DNA of 64,000 bases. It comes from a virus (taxonomy: Duplodnaviria > Heunggongvirae > Uroviricota > Caudoviricetes). Of the stretch, positions 51,783-60,255 are shown one piece after another. The stretch is taken from positions 3,877 to 67,876 of the IMG/VR virus record IMGVR_UViG_3300028603_000019. The stretch is one strand, 5' to 3'. The notes under the pieces were generated by a model that worked only from the letters and a program-made list of their open reading frames with translations, ran no database searches and was not told the DNA's origin. The position numbers and the translations under genes were made by a program. Every line of letters starts with the position of its first letter. Within the stretch, counting starts at the first letter, position 1.

Positions 51783-52109
51783 TCACGCCGACTTCACTTT
51801 CTGAAGCAGTTGTCCCGCATAGATGCCGATCCGCATGTTGCCCTTCTTGTCGCGACAGCGCCAGTAGGCAGCTTGCTTCGGAGTCAGGTAGCCTTTGTCA
51901 CGGAACCACAGTGCCATCCCGGTACCAACACGGGCATGGCAAGGCCGGAAGCCCATACCGTTGCGATACTTGACGTCCCGATGGGTCTGTTCATCGAAGG
52001 TCTAATTTTCGAGGAGCCGAAGAAGGGCGCGCCCGACTGCCTTGTCATTGCGCTCCAACAGGGCGATGATCTCTTCCTTTGTCCATTCAGTTGCGGAGCT
52101 GTTAGTCAT
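51783..52109 (-). pseudogene. 108-codon gene with an in-frame TAG at codon 36
   Basis: Manual translation ...ALLRLLEN*TFDEQ...NGMGF; ATG and stop overlap both neighbours. Confidence 0.65.
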
Positions 52110-52379
52110 TGAACACCTTTACGGTCAGGTCTTCGGCGGGACTGCCGACGGACGGGCGATACGCAGCATATTGAGTGTCACCGTCTTGGGTCTTGATATA
52201 GGCGAGCACGAAGGTAACGACGGTGCCCGTATGGGTCGAGATCATCTCAAAGAATCGCGGAAAATCATGACGAAAGATCATGTGATCGGAGGCGAAGGTC
52301 GTCAAGACGCGGTCTTCTTTATCAAAGGTGAAATCGGCAGTCGTGATCATGGCTTCTACCTTTCTGCTATCTTGGACTA

Positions 52380-52408
52380 AGAATAACTCATTCTAGCCAC
52401 CCGGTCAA
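52380..52408 (-). promoter_or_regulatory. sigma70-like early promoter
   Basis: TTGACC-17-TATTCT. Confidence 0.55.
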
Positions 52409-52751
52409 CCCAAATTTTTCACCTCTTTGAGTGCCTTCAAGATGGTCATCAAATACGCCCGAGCCTGACTTTGATTGTAGGACCAGAACTCATGGTCATA
52501 TCCTCGGAGATATACGATGTGGCCCAAACCAACCGGAACACAAGCGACTTCCAGATCAGATAGCGCCGTTTCGTGAAGCTTTTTGGCCGCCTCGACTGAA
52601 CCAAAAAATGCCTCGACAGCAAGAGCGCCATCGAGGCCAATACTTCCCCATTTCGGACTCGTATCATACCAGATAGTGTCGTCACGAATCAGGTCAAGTA
52701 ATTCATCGAGTTGTCGTGAAATTCCACTCATGTGAGGGTGCTTTCAAAAGT

Positions 52752-52939
52752 CGTCACGGAACGTAATGTGTACAGATTTCAGGTCGGAAGGAACGCTCTT
52801 TGTGACGGGGTCGATATGCTACCGCGGAGTCTAAACGGTTCATGTGCAATGTTGGAAGGAAGACTCGTTGCGACAGTGCCCGTGTATAGGGCGCGGAGAG
52901 TATGACATTTCCAATATTCAAAGGAACCCTCTTTGCGCC
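52752..52939 (-). ncRNA. Tandem array of three 50-56 nt structured hairpin units
   Basis: Each unit: outer stem, AAA/AAC bulge, GAG-NNT inner stem, TCCTT(C/T), variable loop; compensatory changes between units. Confidence 0.7.
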
Positions 52940-52946
52940 AAAATAC

Positions 52947-54650
52947 TTAGTCGGTGAGAAGCAGCTCCTCTAGCCGATCATATGAGAAACCAATATAGGT
53001 CAAATCATGATCCACGATTTCCTCGGTTTCCAGAAGGTAGTCAATATCCAGGGCATCCAACAGTTTCTTTACTGTCCACTGATTGCACAGTGCCCGTTTG
53101 ATTACCGGATTATTTTCACCAAAGTTGGCAGCCCGATTGGAAATCCTTCCCATCCAAGCAACATAGGTATTACCACGAACAAATCCGATCACCATCCCGC
53201 GGGAATTGAGCTTGATCTTCTCTCGAAATTTCAGGTCACCGATCCATTTATCTTTCCCGTCTGAACCAGCGACCACTTCCATCTCACAACCCTGGTTACC
53301 GCTATAGATGTTTACAAACAATCCATATGGTTTGGCACCAGACGAGGTCATGAACTCCATTGCGCCTTTTGGAGCGTTGGTAACGTCTCCAGAGAAGTGA
53401 ATCTCACCGGAGTTATAGTAGCCCCAGCCGGTTCTATTCCCTCTTGTATCGACGGTAGAGAGATCAAGGTCACGAGCACCCCAATCATTCTCCCAATACA
53501 TCCCGGAAGAGATAGTGCGACCATCCGGTGTTACTTCGGTTCCGAACGGAACCTGTCCGACGGTCTGTTTTCGGGAGATCGGAAGACCATAGTCTACCCA
53601 TTTGTCCAATAGAACCGTTTTGGACTTCAGTTTCGGTTGCAGTCGATTCTTGAGTTCGCCAAGTATCAGCCGTTCAGCTCTCTCAATCGTCGGGATCAGG
53701 TGTTGCGGTCGCCCATCTTGGCACCAAACTTTGCCGTTTCGAACCACGAAGGAATCGACCGGATTCTGGGTCTTCTTGTAGGCCAGGAGATTCAAACCCT
53801 TGAACAGACTCCGCGTGGAAACACCCGAGAGCTGTTTTCGTTTCAGGTTACCTGCTAGTGCAGCATTGACGAAGTAGGAATTCAAATTCGGGACAATCGG
53901 AACATGGTCCCTCTTACTCATGCGAGCGATCCGGTTGATCACACTCTTGAGATCACGATTCTTCCGCGATGCCATCAAGATTTTCTTGTGACGATTGAAA
54001 ACCTGGGCAAGGACCCGAGCGTGAAGCCCGAAGAAATTGACCGGCAGGGCTTCCGAATTCCGAACCTTCTCGATCACCTCTTTGGACTTGATCAGCAGAA
54101 GCTCATCAGTCGCCTTGTAGACGATATATCGAACGGCATCATCACCATTTGTGAATATGTCGCGGGTCGGATCAAACAGGATCACCCGAGCCTCGTTGTT
54201 CTTCACCTTGGAAATATCCACACGGATGCCATAGCGGTCGATGATAGCCTTTAGGGCGACCACGTCCATAATCGGAGCATTGGAATACAGAAGATCCTGA
54301 ACCTTGATCTGGAGTTCAGCTTCGGTGATCCCACGAATGAACGTGAACCCGACAGTCTTTCCGCCATCAAATTCCAGGAGAATATTTCGGTGATCCAGGC
54401 CATAGACCAGGAAATAATGGGCAAGCTGCTTGGCCATCAGGTCTTCCGGGGTGGAATTCTGAAGTTCGGCCTTGGACCACATTGTCCGCATATCCAGCGG
54501 CTTGAATTCTTCGATAAGGAGACTGACTTGTTCTTGATCAGGAATGAAGTCAGTTACCACGCCATATTCGACAAGGGAGTAGTCGATGATCGACCGATTG
54601 ACCTTATCAGAAACCACTTGGGCCTTGAATAACTTTAGCACTTCTTGCAT
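52947..54650 (-). CDS. 568-aa protein with helical N-terminus and TerD-like C-terminal domain
   Basis: QLAHYFLVYG; C-terminal DLDLS...SGDVTNAPKGA.EF...VNIYSG resembles TerD. Confidence 0.7.
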   Translation of the reverse strand: MQEVLKLFKAQVVSDKVNRSIIDYSLVEYGVVTDFIPDQEQVSLLIEEFKPLDMRTMWSKAELQNSTPEDLMAKQLAHYFLVYGLDHRNILLEFDGGKTVGFTFIRGITEAELQIKVQDLLYSNAPIMDVVALKAIIDRYGIRVDISKVKNNEARVILFDPTRDIFTNGDDAVRYIVYKATDELLLIKSKEVIEKVRNSEALPVNFFGLHARVLAQVFNRHKKILMASRKNRDLKSVINRIARMSKRDHVPIVPNLNSYFVNAALAGNLKRKQLSGVSTRSLFKGLNLLAYKKTQNPVDSFVVRNGKVWCQDGRPQHLIPTIERAERLILGELKNRLQPKLKSKTVLLDKWVDYGLPISRKQTVGQVPFGTEVTPDGRTISSGMYWENDWGARDLDLSTVDTRGNRTGWGYYNSGEIHFSGDVTNAPKGAMEFMTSSGAKPYGLFVNIYSGNQGCEMEVVAGSDGKDKWIGDLKFREKIKLNSRGMVIGFVRGNTYVAWMGRISNRAANFGENNPVIKRALCNQWTVKKLLDALDIDYLLETEEIVDHDLTYIGFSYDRLEELLLTD

Positions 54651-54664
54651 GACTTCATCCTCTC

Positions 54665-54931
54665 TCAAAATTCCTTCTTGGCCACCACGAATCGACGACC
54701 CATGTATTTGTCAGCATCACCCCAGCCGTCTTGGGCTTTAATCTATCTTAGAATTTGTGTCTCATTCGTCGGCATCCATTTCACATCCCGTTGACCCAGA
54801 ATGTGAAAACCGATCCTTAGTTTGAGATTATAGGCTCTTGCCATAATCATGAGCCAAAATTCTTCACCCCGCGGAGTTTGCATCTTATCGGACATGATTG
54901 CCCCGTGCATATCCAGAAGATAGGTCAACAA
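54665..54931 (-). pseudogene. Broken paralog of the 56996-57625 gene
   Basis: IMSDKMQT.RG.EFW and, past an in-frame TAG, IKAQDGWG...RRF align with that gene. Confidence 0.7.
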
Positions 54932-54939
54932 CCATCATT

Positions 54940-55053
54940 CTAAATCGGGGACAGAACCCACCACCAACTCCAGGCGATATGCCCGGCCAACTTGAGACCG
55001 ATGAACAGAAGAGTCAGAAGCGGCAGAAAGATATTATTGACGTTGACGTTCAT
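54940..55053 (-). pseudogene. Truncated small membrane protein
   Basis: LLTLLFIGLKLAGHIAWSWWWVLSPI*; this phage family usually continues with Trp (from memory). Confidence 0.55.
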
Positions 55054-55271
55054 GTCCTTATCCCTTCCGGCGTTCTTGTTCAGCGCGGGCCGCGGCAGCA
55101 GCGGCATGGGCCTTCATGGCCTTGACACCATCATGAGACGGCAGATTCTTGGCATTGTAGAAGCGGAAATCGCCTTCCATCCTCTCGAGGTAAGCGTGAA
55201 GCTCGAAGTCGCCCATCTTGGTCAGATTCACCGGTTTCATGGTCTGTTTCCTCTTGGGTTATCTTGGTATG

Positions 55272-55300
55272 AATATAGCTCAAAGCACCTGACGTGTCAA
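55272..55300 (-). promoter_or_regulatory. sigma70-like early promoter
   Basis: TTGACA-17-TATATT. Confidence 0.65.
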
Positions 55301-55399
55301 CCCCCGAAAGGTGACAATTTGCTCCTTGTTTGAAAATGCGTGTCGCGGGACAAGAATCCCCACACGCTCTGGTGCCACGGAGGAAACAACACCAGGTAG

Positions 55400-55897
55400 C
55401 TACCTTTCAAAAACGTGCTGACCTTCAATCTTTCCTTGGTAGATCCAACCCGCTACCTGTAGTGTATCCATGAGCCGCTGATTTCCGATCATCTTATTGT
55501 AGAGGTATCCCAACTGCGGATGAGTGCTCTCAAATTTGATGGTCTTTGCTCTCGTCTTTTGAGCCAGCTCCTGAATTACAAAAATGGTGTATCCGAATAC
55601 TCGGATACCATCTGCGGCATATCCCCGGATATTCTTTCGGTTGTCGGTGTAGTCGGTTGGATTATCCGAGAAAATCGGACTAGCGCCAAAACCTATTTCT
55701 CCGACGGCCTTGATAATGACACAGAAGAACAATTCTCGTTGCCGAAAGAATGTCCACGTTAATCCGGGAATGGAGTCAATCTGACGATTGGAACAATTTT
55801 CATCTGTTCCGTAAGCCGTTTTCCTCGGCATCACAGCTTCAGTAAGACACTATTCCGAGAACCCTATCAGTCTCCCGTCATGTGAAAATAGACTCAT
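55400..55897 (-). pseudogene. Gene with an in-frame TAG at codon 16
   Basis: MSLFSHDGRLIGFSE*CLTEAVMPRK...; ATG overlaps the upstream TGA. Confidence 0.55.
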
Positions 55898-56112
55898 TCA
55901 TCCAAATCCCGGTCGAAATCCCCTGAGCAAACTCCATACGAAAGTGGTATCATGGTAGAATCGTTTCTTGAGCATCCGGCGGGAAACGTAGATTGGAAAG
56001 ATCCTCCAATTCCAAATTCGCGAATCCTGAATGGCAGGACTATACGCTACCATACCGTTGGATTTTCTCAACCAGATTTAGCGGGAATTTTTCCATATAG
56101 GACTATTTTCAT
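55894..56112 (-). pseudogene. Gene with in-frame TGA and TAG
   Basis: AGGAGG RBS; MKIVLYGKIPAKSG*ENPTVW*RIVLPF...DLDE*, coupled to the next gene by ATGA. Confidence 0.6.
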
Positions 56113-56132
56113 GTCGTGATCCTCCTGTTATG

Positions 56133-56206
56133 ACCTCCCAGGGCGATTCGAACGCCCGACCGCTCGGTCCGAAGCCGAGTGCTCTAGTCCGCTGAGCTAT
56201 GGGAGG
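56133..56206 (-). tRNA. tRNA-Arg(TCG)
   Basis: Cloverleaf, loop CTTCGGA, no encoded CCA. Confidence 0.85.
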
Positions 56207-56208
56207 GG

Positions 56209-56286
56209 TGGTCCTGCGGTGAAGATTCGAACTTCATCTTTCTGGTCCACAGCCAGACGTGCTTACCTTTGACACTACTGCGCAGG
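56209..56286 (-). tRNA. tRNA-His(GTG), A73, 2-nt insertion at the base of the acceptor stem
   Basis: Loop CTGTGGA, T-arm TTCGAAT, CCA end. Confidence 0.75.
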
Positions 56287-56293
56287 ATAGTTA

Positions 56294-56328
56294 TGGCGGA
56301 AGCGGAGAGGATCGAACTCTATGGCGGT
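56294..56328 (-). pseudogene. 3' fragment of a Ser-type tRNA (4-bp T stem, G73-CCA) fused to an IS right end
   Basis: AGAG-TTCGATC-CTCT-CCGCTTCC-GCCA with no matching 5' half found. Confidence 0.6.
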
Positions 56329-56371
56329 GTGAACTACCTGGAAACTGAAGATTTCCAGGCTTCCTCGGTCA
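56329..56371 (-). mobile_element. IS200/IS605-type right end, near-identical to 1851-1893
   Basis: 42/43 nt identity. Confidence 0.65.
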
Positions 56372-56545
56372 CTACAAGAGAGCCAAGGAACTTTTGACGA
56401 TTCAACGATACATATCTAGCAGGAGCTTGCGCTCCAACCCCGATAGAGGTATCTCCCCGTCCGTGACTTTCCGGCGTCCCACCGGTAGTTGGTCTCAATA
56501 GGTAGAATTATGGAACTTGGCTTTCGTTCCATGAGATATTATTTA

Positions 56546-56597
56546 GTCGATCCGTATCCGACAAACTAAAGATTTGCCGGTTTTGGATCACGTCCTT
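56546..56597 (-). mobile_element. IS200/IS605-type right-end variant related to 15652-15699
   Basis: 37/40 nt identity; hairpin retained. Confidence 0.55.
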
Positions 56598-56898
56598 GTA
56601 TAAGCGCCACGATCCGTTTAGCAAACGGTCTTGAGCACCAAGCTCAATTCTCACTTCCGATAGAAATTGGGATTATTTCTTATGGCGTTACTCCGATCAG
56701 CTAATTTACCAAACGCAGTAGGACTTTCAAGATAGGGTTCCAGTTTAGAGGTGGCTGCCGTAAATTCGTTGTCTGAAATCTTCCCCTCTTGATGGGCCTT
56801 TAGAAGTTTGTTTAATTGCATTGATGCCGCGCGGGGAGACATATAGGTTGTTCTAAAAGATTCAAAGGTAGGAAGGGCCATATTTTTCTCCTAAATTG

Positions 56899-56990
56899 TG
56901 GCGGTGCTCAGAAGAATCGAACTCCACACGGGGTTAACCGTGCCACCCGCTTTCGAGGCGGAGTCCTGCGACCAACAGGAATTGAACACC
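56899..56990 (-). tRNA. tRNA-Ser(CGA) with Sec-like 8/4 fold (allo-tRNA-like)
   Basis: 8-bp acceptor GGTGTTCA/TGAGCACC, 4-bp T stem, long D stem around TGGT, long variable arm, G73-CCA. Confidence 0.7.
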
Positions 56991-56995
56991 CTGAT

Positions 56996-57625
56996 CTATT
57001 TACATCGAATCAAGAATCTTCGTGCTTGAAATTTGTTCTCTCTACCCCAAGCATCACGTGCCGCAATCCAGGTAGCCAAATCTTGCTCTTGAGGGTCGTA
57101 CCAAATCACTTTCTTGAAATTCATGTCGGCAAAACCAACTTGGTAACCCTCGCGGGCCGCTCTTGTCATTTGAGTAATCCAGAAGGCTTTACCCCAATGA
57201 GTTTGAAGAGAATCGGACATAATGGTCCCATATTTCGGAAGCAGGTAGCCAAAGAACATCTTCCGGGTTAGATCAACAGCAGCGACTGAATTCATATCTC
57301 TCCAGAGCTTCACCTGGGTGACATACTGCCCGTGCTTGCCAAAGTTGTTTCGCTTAAAGTTGACCAGATATTCCACTTTACCGGAAGTCTTGTTGATCAG
57401 GACCAGATTTCCTGCCGCGTCATTTTCTGTGCGAAACAGGATTGTCTGCGGAGTATCGTGAAAGACCTCTTTTTGCTTCTTGAGGAACTCAACAGCTTTT
57501 GCTTTGTTCTTGACCTCGTTTCCAAGATTGAAGTCCACATCATCGACCAGAGCCGGTGATTCCCAAAGTAGGTCGCCCGATCTTCCTATCATATCTTGGG
57601 TAAATTCACTGAATGTTTGTCTCAT
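56996..57625 (-). CDS. Putative internal protein
   Basis: True start MRQTFSEF (the longer ORF overlaps tRNA-Thr); intact paralog of 54665-54931. Confidence 0.65.
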   Translation of the reverse strand: MRQTFSEFTQDMIGRSGDLLWESPALVDDVDFNLGNEVKNKAKAVEFLKKQKEVFHDTPQTILFRTENDAAGNLVLINKTSGKVEYLVNFKRNNFGKHGQYVTQVKLWRDMNSVAAVDLTRKMFFGYLLPKYGTIMSDSLQTHWGKAFWITQMTRAAREGYQVGFADMNFKKVIWYDPQEQDLATWIAARDAWGRENKFQARRFLIRCK

Positions 57626-57642
57626 GGCTTTTCCTTGAATTT

Positions 57643-57718
57643 TGGTGCCGATGACAAGAGTCGAACTCGCAACCTTCTCCTTACGAGGGAGCTGCTCTGC
57701 CATTTGAGCTACATCGGC
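57643..57718 (-). tRNA. tRNA-Thr(CGT)
   Basis: Cloverleaf, loop CTCGTAA, CCA. Confidence 0.9.
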
Positions 57719-57720
57719 AA

Positions 57721-57790
57721 GATGCCCCTAGGTCTCGAACCTGGATTTCATGGGCCAGAGCCATGCGTCCTACCGATTAGACGAAGGGGC
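57721..57790 (-). pseudogene. tRNA-Gln(CTG) pseudogene
   Basis: Loop CTCTGGC; 3' acceptor strand shortened. Confidence 0.6.
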
Positions 57791-58327
57791 AAATGTGAAG
57801 GCGGGACCTACGTGATCACCAAAAGATTTTTTGAAGGAAGATCCTTTGCCTTCAGATATTTCACCGAGATTGCACTTTGGCATATGCCTCTTGAGCAATC
57901 TCAACTTCCTTCTCCTTGGTCTTGCCGAGGATCAGAAGTAGTAGGGTCGAGAACAGGCCGAACAGGAAGCCTCCAAAGGCCCATCCAACGGCATTCCGAC
58001 CACGCAGATCGGCAAGATAGTAGTTGAGCCAAGCTACAAGGCCGGCCACAGCAAGCATTACGAGAATTTCCATTTTCACTCTCCGTTTGATACATTACAA
58101 GATTCAGTCCAAAGTGCCCAAGCACCAGCCGCGCACAACGCGATAGCGGATCCCAATAGGATCCCAGGAAGCACCACCATGTAGGCAATGCCCAAGATCA
58201 AGCTCAGGCCAAAAGACGGTTGCGGCTTGACAATGCTGAATGAAATTGCCGAGCAGAGGAACCACCAGGCAATGACCATCCAAGTTACAGCTTCAAGTTC
58301 CATTCAAACTTCTCCGCAAAAGTTTTG

Positions 58328-58401
58328 TGCCCCACCCCGGACTCGAACCGGGAACATCCGCATTTTGAGTGCGGCGACTCTACCAATTGGCCTAGCAGGG
58401 C
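58328..58401 (-). tRNA. tRNA-Leu(CAA), short variable arm
   Basis: Loop CTCAAAA, A73. Confidence 0.8.
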
Positions 58402-58471
58402 AAAAGAATATGACGGAACCTATTTGACCATGCGAAAAGTGTTTTGAAGGAAGGCTCTTTGTCACAATAAC

Positions 58472-58921
58472 TCAATAATAAACATCAACTCCTTGAATAT
58501 CCCGATCAAGGGCTAATGGAATTAACCATTTCAGATCGGAGACCACGGTCAACTCGTGAAGCTCACCAACCGAATACCATCCGACCGGTTCTTCCGGGCC
58601 TTCTGGATTGGTCACAGACTCGAATTTGTTTGTCCAGGTCCTGAAGTAATGGACGATATAATCCTCACCAGTATCATAGTTGGTTCCCTTGACTGTACAA
58701 AATCTTTCCCAACCGATCCAGTAAATTCCAGTTTCTTCCTGAAATTCCCTGGTCATTGCTACCATCCGATGTTCTGGCCAATCCACATGTCCGCCAATGG
58801 CATTCAGCTTGCCGCGGACACCCTCGGGTCCCTTGGTCTTCGACTTATGAATTAGAAGAACCATGATATCGGCAGTTACGGGATCTTCCGCGAACATAAA
58901 ACCAGCGACATATTCTTTCAT
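58472..58921 (-). CDS. Nudix hydrolase
   Basis: GGHVD...E...AMTREFQEETGI Nudix box. Confidence 0.88.
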   Translation of the reverse strand: MKEYVAGFMFAEDPVTADIMVLLIHKSKTKGPEGVRGKLNAIGGHVDWPEHRMVAMTREFQEETGIYWIGWERFCTVKGTNYDTGEDYIVHYFRTWTNKFESVTNPEGPEEPVGWYSVGELHELTVVSDLKWLIPLALDRDIQGVDVYY

Positions 58922-58972
58922 GAATTCAGTCCCGCGTCCATATCAATGATTTCATTTTTCCTTTGTAGGTTA

Positions 58973-59001
58973 ATCATAACTCAAGAACATCTAGATGTCA
59001 A
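58973..59001 (-). promoter_or_regulatory. sigma70-like early promoter
   Basis: TTGACA-17-TATGAT. Confidence 0.7.
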
Positions 59002-59016
59002 CCCGAAAACTTCAAG

Positions 59017-59087
59017 AGCGACCAGAGGGAATCGAGCCCTCGCCTCCTGCTTGGCAAGCAGGTGCACTGCCATTATGCGATGGTCGC
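59017..59087 (-). tRNA. tRNA-Gly(GCC)
   Basis: Loop TTGCCAA; T-loop CTCGATT atypical. Confidence 0.8.
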
Positions 59088-59088
59088 G

Positions 59089-59165
59089 TGGTGCCGCCGG
59101 TGGGACTCGAATCCACAACACATGCGCTCTCGACGCATGAAGTCTACCAATTGCTTCACGTCGGC
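59089..59165 (-). tRNA. tRNA-Leu(GAG), short variable arm
   Basis: Loop TCGAGAG, A73-CCA. Confidence 0.75.
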
Positions 59166-59172
59166 AAAATTT

Positions 59173-59248
59173 GTAGCCCTGGTCGGACTCGAGTCCGACA
59201 TACACCTCATTTTGAGTGAGATAGGAATACCAATTTCCATCACAGGGC
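59173..59248 (-). tRNA. tRNA-Leu(CAA) second copy, degenerate, short arm
   Basis: Loop CTCAAAA; T-loop CTCGAGT; U73. Confidence 0.6.
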
Positions 59249-59355
59249 CGAAATTAGACGTAAACAGCCTTGATAAGGCTGTTCTTTGGAAGAGATCAAA
59301 CTTCCCGAACACTCGTGTAACTACCATGGTGCACCATCTAAACCGTTATATTCCG

Positions 59356-59430
59356 TGGAGCCTATCGGGGTCGAACCGATCACCTCAAGCTTGCAAAACT
59401 TGCGCTCTCCCTACCATGAGCTAAGGCCCC
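59356..59430 (-). tRNA. tRNA-Ala(TGC)
   Basis: G3:U70, loop TTTGCAA. Confidence 0.9.
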
Positions 59431-59635
59431 GAAATTGACAATGCAAGGAGACCGGCGACAGGCCAAAATCCCATCTCGTATTGTCAAAGTTTGATCCCGT
59501 TCCTGCTTCTATGCCGTTCGGCGATGAAGACCTGCTCATCGTCTTACAAAAGGCTCCACAGGCATCACATCGGTGGATGATCATGCCTAGACTTCGGTGC
59601 GGCCCTAGGACGAATCCCGCACTTCTCATTCTATT

Positions 59636-59711
59636 TGGTCAGGGTGGTGGGGCTCAAACCCACGACTTCCGGGCTCCAAAGCCGGCACTCTATCAACTGA
59701 GCTACACCCTG
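59636..59711 (-). tRNA. tRNA-Pro(TGG)
   Basis: Loop TTTGGAG; T-loop TTTGA atypical; CCA. Confidence 0.8.
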
Positions 59712-59726
59712 AAATTTTCATTTTCG

Positions 59727-59801
59727 TCTCCCAGGAGGGATTTGAACCCCCGATCTCCTCCTTCCGAGGGAGGCAGCTTGACCAGACTTGCCCACTGAGA
59801 G
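59727..59801 (-). tRNA. tRNA-Pro(CGG)
   Basis: Loop CTCGGAA. Confidence 0.85.
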
Positions 59802-59938
59802 AAATGGGAGGGAGATGTCTCTGAAGCATTTCATCTCCTTCCTTTCAACCTGTGCCAGTCTCAACTTATCTTCCTAGTGTGGAAGTCGCGCCGATCAGGC
59901 AGCACGGTCTTAGAGTGACTTCTATGGTTCACCCACTG

Positions 59939-60157
59939 TCAAACTTCATCCGTATTACTATTCCAATACGAATATTCTTTCACGATGATCATCGGTTCTT
60001 TGAAGTCCACGTTGAAGACTTCTACCCGATCATACTAAATCACCAACTTGTTACAACGCACTTCCAGAAACGGCGAGACTTCATCGCTATGTGAAAATCT
60101 TACGACAGAATCCACGGGGAACTCAACAGTCTCTGGATATTGATCAGGAAAATTCAT
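59939..60157 (-). pseudogene. Small gene with an in-frame TAG at codon 41
   Basis: RBS AAGGA; MNFPDQYPE...KLVI*YDRVEVF...DEV*. Confidence 0.55.
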
Positions 60158-60178
60158 GGTTGTTTCCTTTCAAAAATT

Positions 60179-60255
60179 TGGCACCCCCGACAGGACTCAA
60201 ACCTGTAACCCAGAGATTAGAAATCTCTTGCTCTATTCAATTGAGCTACGGAGGC
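60179..60255 (-). tRNA. tRNA-Arg(TCT)
   Basis: Loop TTTCTAA; T-loop TTTGA; CCA. Confidence 0.85.

Noticed and set aside
52752-52939. CRISPR array
   Set aside because: Units are covarying hairpins, not identical direct repeats, and no cas genes are present.
56329-56540. Group I intron / IStron in a tRNA
   Set aside because: No P/Q/R/S core elements recognised, and the element ends in CAC rather than G.
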